53,811 nucleotides of DNA from an uncultured delta proteobacterium (GCA_963743305.1 CAVUPH010000023.1:1-53811); one strand, 5' to 3'; shown: positions 19,865 through 30,557, counted from the stretch's first letter. Made by a program: numbers and translations. The notes: generated from the sequence alone by a model not told the origin.

Positions 19865-21100
19865 TTACCCCAAGGCTTCGGGGAGACAGGAATCCAACCG
19901 TTCCTGGGGTTCCAAAACAAATTTTCCTTCCAGGGCCGCCACCCCGGGCAACTGGCTGCCCTCGAGCAGGGCTAAAAAAGCCCCTCCTCCAGTGGAGATG
20001 TAAGATATTTTCGACGTCTCCCCGGCCTTGTGAACGGCTACATCCGTGTCGCCGCCCCCGACGATGGTCAGGGCGTAGGAATTGGCCACCGAGTGAACCA
20101 TGGCCATGGTCCCCCGGGAGAAGGCGTCCATCTCAAAGGCCCCCATAGGTCCGTTCCAAATGATGGTTTTAGCGTTCTGTAGTACTTCTGAATAGAGCAG
20201 GGAGGTAGCCGGCCCGATATCCAGTATCATCCAGTCTTTGGGGACTTCCTGAACCGGAGTGATCTTGGTCTCGGCCTGAGGGTCCATGACGGTGGACACC
20301 ACGCAGTCCACCGGGACGTACAATTTTACCCCCTTATCCTTGGCCTTGCGCATCAGGCAATTAGCCACACTCACCAGATCCTCCTCGACCAGCGAATTGC
20401 CCACGTAATAATTCACCCCCTTGAGAAAGGTATTGGCCATAGCCCCGCCGATAACCATTTTGTCCACGTGATCCAGTAAATTCTCCAGGGCCTCCAATTT
20501 GCCGCTGACCTTGGAGCCGCCGATAACCGCCACCAGCGGCCGTGCCGGGCTCTCCAGGGCCTGGTGGAAAAACTTCAATTCGTCTTTCATCAAGAAGCCG
20601 GCGGCTACCTCCCGGGCATACTTGGCCACGGCCACAACCGAGGCATGGGCCCGATGGGCCACGGCGAAGGCGTCATTCACGTAGATGTCGGCCAGCGCGG
20701 CCAGTTCTTTCCCGAAGCTATCATTATTTTTTGTTTCTTCGGGATGAAACCGTAAATTTTCCAGGAGCAGGATGCCGCCGGGTTTCATGCGGGCAATCAT
20801 TTTTTCCACATCCGGTCCCACGCAATCGGGCGCTAATTGGACCTCTTTCTGCAGCAGCCGGGATAGACGCCGGGCCACCGGGGCCAGGCTCAATTCGGGC
20901 ACCACCTTGCCTTTCGGCCGTCCCACGTGGGAACAGAGGATGACCTTGGCATTTTCATCCAAGGCATAATTGATGGTCGGCAGGACGCTGCGGATGCGGT
21001 TATCATCGGTAATATTCTGATTTTTGTCGAGGGGGACATTCATGTCCACCCGGATCAACAATTTTTTATTCTTGATATCGATCTCGTTGAGGTAGCGCAA
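19865..21100 (-). CDS. pgk: Phosphoglycerate kinase
   Basis: RVDMNVP, SHVGRP, LLENLRF, GGGDT, ISTGGGA. Confidence 0.97.
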   Translation of the reverse strand: MRYLNEIDIKNKKLLIRVDMNVPLDKNQNITDDNRIRSVLPTINYALDENAKVILCSHVGRPKGKVVPELSLAPVARRLSRLLQKEVQLAPDCVGPDVEKMIARMKPGGILLLENLRFHPEETKNNDSFGKELAALADIYVNDAFAVAHRAHASVVAVAKYAREVAAGFLMKDELKFFHQALESPARPLVAVIGGSKVSGKLEALENLLDHVDKMVIGGAMANTFLKGVNYYVGNSLVEEDLVSVANCLMRKAKDKGVKLYVPVDCVVSTVMDPQAETKITPVQEVPKDWMILDIGPATSLLYSEVLQNAKTIIWNGPMGAFEMDAFSRGTMAMVHSVANSYALTIVGGGDTDVAVHKAGETSKISYISTGGGAFLALLEGSQLPGVAALEGKFVLEPQERLDSCLPEALG

Positions 21101-21297
21101 GATAGGCTCCTTTTCTAAACAAAAATTAGATAACTTTTGTTTAGGGCTATACTAAAAAATCCCCCTGAATTAGTCAACTTTTTATGATAGCTTGAAAAAT
21201 ACTAGAATATCTGCTAAAAATGAAATAGAAGGGCTAATTTGTGTGAAGCACCCCACGGCTAAACGACGGACATTTTCCCGAGCGAAAGGAGCTCCCC

Positions 21298-21897
21298 ATG
21301 TTAATCAAAAATCGGATGGTTAAAAAATTAATCACCATTGAGCGGAACTGCACCGTGGTAGAGGCCCTTTCCCTGATGAAAAAATACTCCGTTCGTCACC
21401 TGCCCGTGGTTGATGGCCCTCTGTTTGTGGGATTGATCACTGAAAGTGATCTCCGGGAGGTGATGCTCCCCTCCCTGGTACGGGACATACCGGTAGAACA
21501 GATTATGATTGAGAATCCGATCACCGTGGGGCCCAATGACTCCCTGGAAGAGGCCGCCCGAATTATCTACCAAAATAAAATCGGCGGACTGCCCGTCCTG
21601 GATAAAGGGAAATTGGTCGGGATCCTGACCACTCCGGATATTTTAGCCGCCTTCATTGAACTCATGGGTTTTTTGCAGTCAAGTTCCCGTCTGGACCTTC
21701 ACCTGGCCGACCGGCCCAAGGCCTTTGAAGAGGCCTCCGGGATCATTCAAAAGAACGGCGGCCAAATCATCAGTGTCGGTATGACCGGCAAGGGCCAAAG
21801 AAAAACGCATTTTTTTCGTCTGGAAAAGGCTCCTCTGTATCCGATCATCCGAGCCCTGGAGAAAAAAGGGCACCGGGTCCTTTCTTCCATGGAATAA
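21298..21897 (+). CDS. CBS-pair plus ACT domain protein (AcuB-like)
   Basis: Two CBS motifs (RHLPVVD, IGGLPVLD.GKLVGILT) and an ACT-like C-terminus (DRPKAF..I.S). Confidence 0.82.
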   Translation: MLIKNRMVKKLITIERNCTVVEALSLMKKYSVRHLPVVDGPLFVGLITESDLREVMLPSLVRDIPVEQIMIENPITVGPNDSLEEAARIIYQNKIGGLPVLDKGKLVGILTTPDILAAFIELMGFLQSSSRLDLHLADRPKAFEEASGIIQKNGGQIISVGMTGKGQRKTHFFRLEKAPLYPIIRALEKKGHRVLSSME

Positions 21898-21905
21898 ATC
21901 AACCT

Positions 21906-22760
21906 TTGGTTAGAAATTCGAATCTCGGATTTTCGGATTATTTCGAAGTGGCTTCGCCCCCTCTTAAAGACCTGATGGCCGCCCTCCGGCGCTGGCAGCC
22001 CGGGGCCATCGCCTTTTCCGGGGGTGTGGACAGCACGCTCTTGCTGCACCTGGCCCTGAAGGCCTGGGATCTCCCGCCCCTGGCTGTCTGTTTTCTGTCC
22101 CCCCTGATGACCGTGGATGAAAAAGAACGGGTCCTGGAAATAACCGGATCTCTGGGAATTCCTCTAAAAAAAATAGTCAGCCGGGAATACCTGCTCCCGG
22201 AATTTATAGAAAACCCTCCCAACCGCTGTTATTATTGCAAACAATATCGCTTCCGGCTGGCCCGGCGCTTTTTGAAAACCAAAGGGGTCCCTTACCTCCT
22301 GGACGGAACCAATGCGGACGACCTCCGTGATTATCGGCCGGGACTCCAGGCCAACCGGGAGTTCCAGATCGTCAGCCCCTTTGCCCTGCTGGGCTGGCGC
22401 AAGGAAGAAATCCGCCGGGCGAGCCGACGCCTGGGACTGCCCACCTGGAACCAGCCTTCGTCGGCCTGCCTGGCCACCCGCATCCCTTTCGGGACCCCCA
22501 TAAAAAAAAAGCAATTATCCCGGATCGGTCAGGCGGAAGCGGCCCTCCGGTCGCTGGGTTTTAGAGAATGCCGCCTGCGGGTCCACGGACCGATAGCCCG
22601 GATAGAAGTCCGGGAAAAGGATTTTCCGAAGATAATGAACAAAAGGACCAAGGCGGCCCTGGAGCAAACCCTGACGTCCATGGGATTCACCTATATCACC
22701 CTGGACCTGCAAGGCCTGCGCTCCGGCAGTATGAATGCCGTCCTAACCAAAAATTCGTGA
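21906..22760 (+). CDS. larE: ATP-dependent sulfur transferase, LarE family
   Basis: PP-loop AFSGGVDS, RCYYCK, DGTNADD..DYRPG, SACLATRIP, GLRSGSMN; start may lie a little downstream. Confidence 0.85.
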   Translation: MVRNSNLGFSDYFEVASPPLKDLMAALRRWQPGAIAFSGGVDSTLLLHLALKAWDLPPLAVCFLSPLMTVDEKERVLEITGSLGIPLKKIVSREYLLPEFIENPPNRCYYCKQYRFRLARRFLKTKGVPYLLDGTNADDLRDYRPGLQANREFQIVSPFALLGWRKEEIRRASRRLGLPTWNQPSSACLATRIPFGTPIKKKQLSRIGQAEAALRSLGFRECRLRVHGPIARIEVREKDFPKIMNKRTKAALEQTLTSMGFTYITLDLQGLRSGSMNAVLTKNS

Positions 22761-22848
22761 ATTTTTGGTTCAAATGTTAGAGCTAAATCTTCAGATTAAC
22801 CCCCGGGCCGGGGGCGGGCACCCGCGAAGGAAAATGAAAGTTACCCCC

Positions 22849-22945
22849 GTCATTGCGAGGAGCGAAGCGACGAAGCAATCCCCCAGTCAGCGAATAACCT
22901 CCCCCAATCTCGACCGGGGGATTGCTTCGCTTTACTCGCAATGAC
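22849..22945. repeat. REP/MITE-like palindromic element, family A copy 2
   Basis: GTCATTGCGAGGAGCGAAGCGACGAAGCAATCCCC...GGGGATTGCTTCGC..CTCGCAATGAC. Confidence 0.85.
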
Positions 22946-22997
22946 AGTGGGGTTCTTTTTTATTTTCGTATTATCTGTGAACAACTAAGGAGGCCTG

Positions 22998-23810
22998 ATG
23001 GATCTATTTGATCGCGCCGCCCTCAAAGCCAAAATTCGACAGGGTATGGCGCCGATAAAAAACAAGATATTGGTTCTGAGCGGGAAAGGCGGGGTGGGGA
23101 AAAGCACTGTGGCCGTCCATCTTTCCGTGGCCCTTGCGGACCGGGGACTGCAGGTGGGCCTCTTGGACGTGGATTTGCACGGACCCAGCATCCCTCACAT
23201 GTTGGGACTGGCCGGTAGACGGGCGGAAGTCAAAGACGGAGCGTTAATCCCGATTGCGTATAGCCCCAACTTAAAAGTCTTCTCCATTCCCTTTGTCCTG
23301 GAAGGAACGGATACCGCTGTCATTTGGCGCGGACCCCGAAAGGGAGGGGCCATTCGCCAACTGCTTTCCGATGTGCTCTGGGGTCCCCTGGATTACCTGG
23401 TAATCGACGCCCCCCCGGGAACGGGCGACGAACCCCTGTCGATCGCCCAGACTATCCCCGAGGTCAAGGCCTTGGTGGTAACCACCCCACAGGAGGTATC
23501 CGTGGAAGATGTCCGGCGGTCCCTCCAGTTTCTCAAAAAAGTCAACCTCCCCATCCTGGGTATCGTTGAGAATATGAGCGGTTTAACCTGCCCCCACTGT
23601 GGTCAGGAAATTGACCTGTTTAAAAAGGGGGGAGGAGAGGCCCTGGCCCGGGAATGGAGCGCCCCTTTCCTTGGCCGGATTCCATTGGAACCCGGATTGG
23701 TGGCCGAAGCGGACAGCGGCCATCCCTATTTCCAGGGGCATGAAACCACCGCCACCGCGCTGGCCTTTAAACATATGGCCGAAGCGATTATTCAGCAAGG
23801 CAACGCCTGA
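22998..23810 (+). CDS. mrp: Mrp/NBP35 (ApbC) Fe-S cluster carrier ATPase
   Basis: SGKGGVGKST, DVDLHGPSIP, DAPPGTGD, VTTPQ, ENMS..TCPHC. Confidence 0.92.
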   Translation: MDLFDRAALKAKIRQGMAPIKNKILVLSGKGGVGKSTVAVHLSVALADRGLQVGLLDVDLHGPSIPHMLGLAGRRAEVKDGALIPIAYSPNLKVFSIPFVLEGTDTAVIWRGPRKGGAIRQLLSDVLWGPLDYLVIDAPPGTGDEPLSIAQTIPEVKALVVTTPQEVSVEDVRRSLQFLKKVNLPILGIVENMSGLTCPHCGQEIDLFKKGGGEALAREWSAPFLGRIPLEPGLVAEADSGHPYFQGHETTATALAFKHMAEAIIQQGNA

Positions 23811-23958
23811 CAACCTCGCAAAAAGTCCCCCAGGCTGTCATTGCGAGGAGTGAAGCGACGAAGCAATCCCCAAGAATCAGGTAGTTACCATGGTGGGGAT
23901 TGCTTCGCTTCACTCCGGGTCGAATGACAGGTTTTTGGACTTAATCGAGAGGTTGTCA
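23808..23958. repeat. REP/MITE-like palindromic element, family A copy 3
   Basis: TGACAACCTCGCAAAAAGTCC...core...GGACTTAATCGAGAGGTTGTCA; supplies the TGA stop of mrp; an extra terminal arm follows at about 23963-23983. Confidence 0.85.
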
Positions 23959-24002
23959 CACCTGACAACCTCTCATTAAGTCCGGCACTCCTCAGGTCGG
24001 CG

Positions 24003-24674
24003 CTACTTCTTGGAAAAATAGATATCGCCCAGAAAAGATTCTGCCGAACTCTGCGTATGTTGCGAGTTGATATAGAAAGCGACTCCCCCGGCCTTGGGCG
24101 GGTCCTTCTTGAACAGCCGTTTGTAATCCTCGTAGACGTTCCTTTTTTCCGTCACCCACTGATTCAATTTCTCTTTCCCGGCCTCCAAGACGATGATCCG
24201 GGCCTTGGACCAGGCCACGCTGGGGCCTTCCAGTCCCTTGTTTTTGGGATTGCTCTCCCAATAGTAACAGACGAACTCGCTATTCAATTTGGCCGGAAAA
24301 CGTGGGAAAATGACATAAACCTGAGCCGCCTGATCGTCGCTGTCTTTCTTATGAAAATCACCTTTTTCCGGCAGTTGGACGGCTTTCCATTTCCAATTCA
24401 AATAGGGGAACTCTTTAATATCCAGGTCAAACTCCTTGCGAATCCCGAAAGAGGACTTGTCGGACTTAAATCGAACGAAAGCGCCATCCCCTTCCTTCTT
24501 CACCTGGAGGTTCGGCTCACCTTCCTTGGTTTCCAATTCCCACCCTTCCGGCGCCCCATCCTTGACCTTATCCGTCGAAAACCGATCGACCCAATAAATG
24601 GACTCCTGGGCCAGGCTTCCCCCGGAAATAATAAAAAACAGGGCAGCCAACACCGTGGTTATTGCTCTTTTCAT
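24003..24674 (-). CDS. DUF3047 family secreted protein
   Basis: Signal peptide; PYLNWKWK..LP..GD..K..DD.AAQVYVIF, WVTEKRNVYEDYKRLF. Confidence 0.78.
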   Translation of the reverse strand: MKRAITTVLAALFFIISGGSLAQESIYWVDRFSTDKVKDGAPEGWELETKEGEPNLQVKKEGDGAFVRFKSDKSSFGIRKEFDLDIKEFPYLNWKWKAVQLPEKGDFHKKDSDDQAAQVYVIFPRFPAKLNSEFVCYYWESNPKNKGLEGPSVAWSKARIIVLEAGKEKLNQWVTEKRNVYEDYKRLFKKDPPKAGGVAFYINSQHTQSSAESFLGDIYFSKK

Positions 24675-24804
24675 CGTTTCCTCCTTTCAACCCTCATCCT
24701 AATTTAACCTAAAAACTGTTTTTCTTCAAATACTCTGATGGCTCTCTCCTGCTCCTGGTTAAAATATTTTTGATTTTCCTCCCGGCAATCAGTAGGATGG
24801 GTCC

Positions 24805-25989
24805 ATGATCCATCCTATCGATTACGATGTAATTATTGTCGGTGCCGGCCCGGCGGGTTCTCAGGCCGCAATTACCCTGAGCCGGGCGGGTCGAAAGGTC
24901 TTAGTCCTGGAGAAAAAGGTTTTCCCGCGGTCTAAACCTTGCGGGGGCTGCATTTCCAAGCGAGTGGAGCGTTTCCTTTCCCGGCCTTTCCTGGATGAAG
25001 TCGTGGAAGGGACGATCAACCGGGTCGTATTCCATTTTCATCCCAACCAAAAATGGGAATACGCCTCCGACCAACCGGTCGCCTACATGATCCGCCGGGA
25101 GAGATTCGACCTCTTGCTGGCCCGGGAAGCCGCTCAGGCCGGAGCGGAGATTCGGTTTCAAACCCCCTTGACCGCCTTTCGGGAAGACGCCGAATCCATA
25201 GAGGCCTTTACTCCCGGCCAAAGTTTTCGGGCCCGGTTTTTGATCCTGGCCCAGGGAGCTTATGATACCCTGCCCCCTGAGCAGCGGTCCAGGCGAAGTT
25301 TTTTGACCTATCAGGCCCTGGAAGGCCGGCTGAAGGACTCCGATCAGATCGGGCACTGGCCGAAAAATACCGTGGCCATCTATTTGGGTTCACTGGACTT
25401 CGGGTATGGCTGGATCTTTCCCGGCGAAGACAGCCTGTCCGTTGGGCTCAGTTTTTGGCCGAAAAAGGAAAAAGACCCCCAATCCGGTATCCGAAAATTC
25501 CGAACGATGTCACCCGGACCCCGGGATCGTCCTCGTTTGAAAGGCCATCCCATCCCCTGCTTCGATGGCCGGCCAAGGGCCTACTCCCGCGGAAGAGTAC
25601 TCTGGGCCGGCGACGCGGCCCGGTTGGTTGACCCCTTTTTAGGGGAAGGCATTTATTACGCTTTGTGGAGCGGCCAACTGGGAGCCCAAACCATCCATCA
25701 GGCCCTGGGGAAAAGCCGGCCGGAGTTGGGCGGCTACGATCAGGCCCTGGCCCAAACCCTGGTGCCGGAATTCGGCTATGCCTTGCGATTGGCCTTCTGG
25801 GTCTATGCCTGGCCCCGACTTTTTTGGTGGCTTTTGAAAAGACATCCAGGTATTATGCATATTTACTTCCAAATCTTGCAAGGGCAGGAAAGCTATGGCG
25901 GCTTTTTCCGGGAATTCAAGAAAAGAGTGCGGCGTTTCACCGGACTCCACTGGAATATAAAGGAACCACGGCGAAATGTCCCCTCTTAG
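24805..25989 (+). CDS. Geranylgeranyl reductase family flavoprotein
   Basis: DVIIVGAGPAG, FPRSKPCGG, YGWIFP, GDAARLVDPFLGEGIYYA. Confidence 0.88.
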   Translation: MIHPIDYDVIIVGAGPAGSQAAITLSRAGRKVLVLEKKVFPRSKPCGGCISKRVERFLSRPFLDEVVEGTINRVVFHFHPNQKWEYASDQPVAYMIRRERFDLLLAREAAQAGAEIRFQTPLTAFREDAESIEAFTPGQSFRARFLILAQGAYDTLPPEQRSRRSFLTYQALEGRLKDSDQIGHWPKNTVAIYLGSLDFGYGWIFPGEDSLSVGLSFWPKKEKDPQSGIRKFRTMSPGPRDRPRLKGHPIPCFDGRPRAYSRGRVLWAGDAARLVDPFLGEGIYYALWSGQLGAQTIHQALGKSRPELGGYDQALAQTLVPEFGYALRLAFWVYAWPRLFWWLLKRHPGIMHIYFQILQGQESYGGFFREFKKRVRRFTGLHWNIKEPRRNVPS

Positions 25990-26326
25990 GTTGCCTTCTC
26001 GCTGGGTCTTTTGGCTGATGCTGCTGATCTTGGTCTCCGGTTTCTTCTTCCTCACCGTACATGGCTTCGAGGGCCTGCGGCAAATCCATCAACTGGCCGA
26101 AAAACGTGAGGGTTTAATTAGGGATAACCAGGAATTAAACAAAAAAAATGAAACGCTCTATCGGGAAATCACCCGGTTGAAACAGGACCCCCTCTATTTG
26201 GAAGAAGTGGCCCGAAAGGAATTTGGATTGGTCAGACCGAATGAAATCATATTTTTTATAGACGACGAAAATAAGAAGGAGGCCCCAGCGCATGCCAAAT
26301 CCCCCGCAACTGATCATCGCCGGTAA
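25976..26326 (+). CDS. Septum formation initiator (FtsB/DivIC family)
   Basis: TM helix, coiled coil, LEEVARKEFGLVRPNE. Confidence 0.85.
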   Translation: MSPLRLPSRWVFWLMLLILVSGFFFLTVHGFEGLRQIHQLAEKREGLIRDNQELNKKNETLYREITRLKQDPLYLEEVARKEFGLVRPNEIIFFIDDENKKEAPAHAKSPATDHRR

Positions 26327-26798
26327 GAACGAACTAGGCGCTGAAGAGTTCGCCGTTAAAATTGATCCCTCGATCCCCCTATTGACGGCCATGATCCGTT
26401 TGTTTCGCAGCCAGGGTCAAACCCGGCAGGCGGTGGAAATCTGCCGGATAGGTCTTGATTTTTTTCCCAATCAGAACGAAATTCGACTACTTCGGGCCTT
26501 ATGCCAATTGGATCTCGGGGAAACGGCCGGGGCCCTGGCGGAAATAAAAACATTTGCCTCGGGATTCAAACCGCTATCCGGAGTTCTGAAAGACTTGGGG
26601 GAATCCTTGAGGGTCCAAGGGCAGGAATCTTTTTCCGAGTGGGCCGTTCTCATGGCCGGGGTAGTGGACAATTTTCCGGAGGATATCGGCCGGGTACAGG
26701 AAGGCCCCAGAGAGGAAAAGAGTACCAGTGCTTCGGATTCCCTGGTGGTGCCCACCCTTAAAAAATGGCTGGAACAATTGCAGACGGCCGGCCAGTAG
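26292..26798 (+). CDS. Hypothetical TPR-like protein
   Basis: Helical repeat pattern AVEICRIGLDFFP..RLLRA; operon position. Confidence 0.6.
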   Translation: MPNPPQLIIAGKNELGAEEFAVKIDPSIPLLTAMIRLFRSQGQTRQAVEICRIGLDFFPNQNEIRLLRALCQLDLGETAGALAEIKTFASGFKPLSGVLKDLGESLRVQGQESFSEWAVLMAGVVDNFPEDIGRVQEGPREEKSTSASDSLVVPTLKKWLEQLQTAGQ

Positions 26799-26902
26799 TT
26801 GGGTTCTCTTTCACCTTCCGGTTTCTGAAATGACAAACACTCTCTGACGGACTTCTTGCAAACACATCAACTTTTTGAATTAAGGAGGATTATTTTAAAC
26901 CT

Positions 26903-27463
26903 ATGTATTCCACGGCCGACTTTCGCAAAGGGTTGCGAATCGAAATAGAGAACAAGCCCTATTTGATCGTTGATTTCCAGCATGTCAAACCGGGAAAAGG
27001 CGGGGCCTTCATCCGGACCAAGTTAAAAAATTTGCTCAACGGGCGGGTGACCGACCAGACCTTTCGATCCGGCGAAAAAGTGGACCGCCCCGACCTGGAG
27101 GAAAAAGACATGCAGTTCCTCTACCGAGAAGGGGACAAGTTCGTTTTTATGGACAACGAGAGCTATGATCAGGTGGAACTGACCGCGGAACAAGTGGGCG
27201 AACAGGCCCAGTTCCTTCAGGAAAACATTAACCTCAAAATCCTGAATTACCGCCAGGAACCCATCGGTCTGGAATTGCCGACCTTTGTGGAACTGACGGT
27301 GACCGCTACCGATCCCGGTTTCAAGGGCGACACGGCCAGCGGTGGGAACAAACCGGCCACCCTGGAAACCGGGTTCGTGATCCAGGTCCCGCTGTTTATC
27401 GCGGAAGGGGACAAATTGCGGATCGATACCCGAACCGGGGCCTACATCGAACGGGCCAAATGA
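26903..27463 (+). CDS. efp: Elongation factor P
   Basis: HVKPGKGGAF, PGFKGDTA, VPLFI; AGGAGG RBS. Confidence 0.97.
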   Translation: MYSTADFRKGLRIEIENKPYLIVDFQHVKPGKGGAFIRTKLKNLLNGRVTDQTFRSGEKVDRPDLEEKDMQFLYREGDKFVFMDNESYDQVELTAEQVGEQAQFLQENINLKILNYRQEPIGLELPTFVELTVTATDPGFKGDTASGGNKPATLETGFVIQVPLFIAEGDKLRIDTRTGAYIERAK

Positions 27464-28530
27464 GCGCCTCCTCCTTGAACTGGAGAGGTCTGCCTTCTTT
27501 TTCCGGGGTCGGGATCGGGAGCGTCCCCTTCCTTTCCCCTCAGCGGGCCTGCCAGGTGATTCTGGACCTGGACTTTCTGATCCCTTTCTGGCCCCAAATG
27601 GTCCGGGTCAGCCCCCGGGAGGAAATGCTGATTCAATTCAGCCCTCCCCTGCCTTGCCTGCAGCCGGACCCTGCAAATCGAACGGTGCGGATCGATCCCT
27701 CCTGCAACCGGTCCCGGGCGCTGTTGGATTTTTATGAAAAATACCTGTCCGGGAACCTGGATTTTTTTGCGTTACGACCCGATTTCGCCTCGGGCTTTTT
27801 TACGCTGCTCCACGAAATTCAGACCCGGAAGTCCTCCGCCCCTTACCTCAAGGGGCAGATTGTCGGACCGGTCACTCTGGGCTTGAGCCTGAAGGATGAG
27901 AGCGACCGCTTTCTGATCCACGATCCCGAACTGCTGGATGCGGTAATCAAGGGTTTGGCCTGCCAGGGTCTGAGTCAAATTGAACAGATAGCGGCCCTGG
28001 GGAAAAAGGCCCTGCTGTTTATCGACGAGCCGTCCCTCTCCGGCTATGGGTCGGCCTTTACCCCCTTGTCCCGCTCGGAGGTTTCGGACATCCTGGGTGA
28101 AACCATTCGGTTGATCCGAGAAAAAAGCAACGCCCTGATCGGGCTCCATTGTTGCGGCAATACGGATTGGTCTCTGCTGCTTTCCCTGGATCTCGATTTG
28201 ATCAACCTGGATGCTTTTGCCTTCGGGGAGGCCTTTCTGCTCTACCCCCGGGATATCCGAACTTTTCTGGAACAGGACCGGGCCATTGCCTGGGGAATCG
28301 TCCCCACCAACGATTATACCGGCCGGGAGACCGCGGCAGGGTTACTGGAGCAACTGCAGGGGTATTTTGATTCCTTGATCCGCCAGGGGATCGATCCGGA
28401 CCGACTGCACTCCCAGGCCCTGTTGACCCCGGCCTGCGGGTTGGGGACGTTGGATGAAAAAACGGCCGCCGATTTATTACACTTATTGAACGAGGTATGT
28501 CATCTGGCCCGGAAACGTTTCAACGCCTAA
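27460..28530 (+). CDS. Single-barrel 'core' methionine synthase-like protein (MetE C-terminal fold, MesB-like)
   Basis: GIGSVP, KGQIVGPVT, FIDEP, Zn-ligand-like GLHCC and TPACGLG. Confidence 0.6.
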   Translation: MSASSLNWRGLPSFSGVGIGSVPFLSPQRACQVILDLDFLIPFWPQMVRVSPREEMLIQFSPPLPCLQPDPANRTVRIDPSCNRSRALLDFYEKYLSGNLDFFALRPDFASGFFTLLHEIQTRKSSAPYLKGQIVGPVTLGLSLKDESDRFLIHDPELLDAVIKGLACQGLSQIEQIAALGKKALLFIDEPSLSGYGSAFTPLSRSEVSDILGETIRLIREKSNALIGLHCCGNTDWSLLLSLDLDLINLDAFAFGEAFLLYPRDIRTFLEQDRAIAWGIVPTNDYTGRETAAGLLEQLQGYFDSLIRQGIDPDRLHSQALLTPACGLGTLDEKTAADLLHLLNEVCHLARKRFNA

Positions 28531-28590
28531 ACCTGAGGTGTTCCGAAAAATCCCTTTGGTTGCGGCCATGCCGCATTGAGAGGACCTCCT

Positions 28591-28833
28591 ATGAAGAAAA
28601 TCCTCGGCCTATGCTTGCTTGCCCTGGTGGCGGCCACCAGCCTTCAGATTCGGCTTTCCCATGATGCCAAAAAGGGCTATTCTTACATGATCTCCGGACC
28701 GGAACTGGAGGAAGTCATCGAAGCCGACAAAAAAGTACGACAATACCTGAGAAGTCAGGCCCCCAAAAAAGCCACGGGCCCGGCCCCTTCATCCCCGGCA
28801 ACCAGGCCCGCGCCCAAGCCACAATCCAGATAG
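28591..28833 (+). CDS. Small hypothetical exported protein
   Basis: GAGG RBS, MKKILGLCLLALVAA signal-like N-terminus. Confidence 0.5.
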   Translation: MKKILGLCLLALVAATSLQIRLSHDAKKGYSYMISGPELEEVIEADKKVRQYLRSQAPKKATGPAPSSPATRPAPKPQSR

Positions 28834-28899
28834 TAATCTTCACCTGATTAATTCTTACTTGCCTACTTACGTCAAGCGACCTAATCTCTCCGCTCTCGT

Positions 28900-29304
28900 T
28901 TATTGTTCTACTTTGATTTCAATCCGCCGGGGTTTCGCCTTCTCCACTTTGGGCAACACCAGCGTTAAGACCCCGTTTTTCAGTTGGGCGGTGATCTTGG
29001 ACTGATCGATCACTTCCCCCAGGGCAAACTGCCGAAAATAATTTCCGGTTTCATATTCCTTCAGCAAAACCCTCTCCTGGTTTCCTCCCGCTTCAAAAAC
29101 CTCTCCGCTTAGGGTTAGTTGATCGTCTTTCAAATCAATCCGGATGCCCTCCTGACTGACCCCCGGCATATCGGCCTCCAGCGTCAGGGCCTCCTCGGTC
29201 TCGTAAATATCCACGGCCGGCACGAAAGTGATCCCGGTCTTGGTCGGCTCGCCCGAGCCCTGGACTTCCTGTTTGTCGCGGAACTGAATCTCTTTTTCGG
29301 TCAT
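28900..29304 (-). CDS. Hsp20/alpha-crystallin small heat-shock protein
   Basis: PAVDIYE, ADMPGV, A.LKNGVLTLVLPK. Confidence 0.92.
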   Translation of the reverse strand: MTEKEIQFRDKQEVQGSGEPTKTGITFVPAVDIYETEEALTLEADMPGVSQEGIRIDLKDDQLTLSGEVFEAGGNQERVLLKEYETGNYFRQFALGEVIDQSKITAQLKNGVLTLVLPKVEKAKPRRIEIKVEQ

Positions 29305-29327
29305 GGTGCTTGTCCCCCTTTCTTTCC

Positions 29328-29786
29328 TCACACCGCCTGGATTGAAACCTGACGGGGTTTCACTTCTTCGGCTTTAGCAATCTTAATGGTTAAAACACCA
29401 TCTTTGGAAAGGGCTTCCACCTTTTGGGAATCCACCCGGGAAGGCAAGTTGATGATCCGACGGAATACTCCCTCTTCCCGCTCTTTGCGATGATAATTGA
29501 TTTTTTCGCCCGATTGGCTTGTTCTTCGTTCCCCCCGTAGGATTAAGCGGTCTCCGGTCAACGACAATTCTATTTGCTCCGTTGAAATCCCGGGAAGTTC
29601 GGCCCGCACCACCACCTGATTTTCGTCTTCCGAAATATTGATCGGTGGAAAGACCCGAGAGGCTTCGAGCCCCGTCCCGGCCCCCGATACCACATTCCAA
29701 AGACGATCCATCTCTTGCTGTAGTCGGTTCACTTCGGGAAAATTTCTCCGGCTCACAACCGGTGCACCCCAGCGCCAAATCGTCAT
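29328..29786 (-). CDS. Hsp20/alpha-crystallin small heat-shock protein
   Basis: FPPINISE, AELPG, KDGVLTIKIAK; AGGAGG RBS. Confidence 0.92.
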   Translation of the reverse strand: MTIWRWGAPVVSRRNFPEVNRLQQEMDRLWNVVSGAGTGLEASRVFPPINISEDENQVVVRAELPGISTEQIELSLTGDRLILRGERRTSQSGEKINYHRKEREEGVFRRIINLPSRVDSQKVEALSKDGVLTIKIAKAEEVKPRQVSIQAV

Positions 29787-30098
29787 GGTCGATCCCTCCT
29801 TTGCTTATTTTTTAATAAAAAAATAATCATCTCCTTGGACCTGTCAACCCCCCTTTGGTGTCAGGTCTTGACTATTGTCAAATGGGGAAAGGACCCCGGC
29901 GTATTTCCACCCAAGCAACCACCTTTTCCAAATGGTAATGATTGATGGTTTCGCAAGAAGTCGCCAGCGCTGTCATTGCGAGGAGTGAAGCGACGAAGCA
30001 ATCCCCAAGAATCAGCTAGTTATATGGTGGGGATTGCTTCCCCCGGATCAAGTTCGGGGTCGCAATGACAGGTTTTTGGACTTTTTGCGCGGTTGTCA

Positions 30099-30277
30099 TG
30101 ATTGTCCTTCAACGCATAGGCATGGACAAAGATACCAAACCGATCGTGGTAATCCGCTACGATATCGAGAAACTTCTCCCGATCGGGCCCGTCCTGAAAA
30201 ATATCCTTCCGCTCATTCCCCCGGCTGGTTATATGATACAGCGCCCCGGGATATTCTATTCTAATCGGCCTTCCCAT
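30099..30277 (-). pseudogene. REP-associated tyrosine transposase (RAYT) N-terminal fragment, copy 1
   Basis: MGRPIRIEYPGALYHITSRGNERKDIF...HAYALKDNH, cut within the HUH motif by the REP-like element. Confidence 0.85.
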
Positions 30278-30557
30278 TTTACAGCCCTCGCCCCTTCCAT
30301 TAGTCAAATGTCAAGACCTGGGACTATGTTCCAAGCCGAGGTCGAGATGATCGTAGGATGAGATAGGAGCTAAATTGCTTCATTCAAATGCCTCAGTTAT
30401 GATGGTATCGCAAAAAGTCCCCAGCGCTGTCATTGCGAGGAGTGAAGCGACGAAGCAATCCCCAAGAATCAGCTAATTACCCTGGTGGAGATTGCTTCCC
30501 CCGGATCAAGTCCGGGGTCGCAATGACAGGTTTTTAGGACTTTTTGCGAAGTTGTCA

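Noticed and set aside
29943-30557. Family-A repeats as a CRISPR array
   Set aside because: Copies are long, dispersed and not separated by unique uniform spacers; no cas genes
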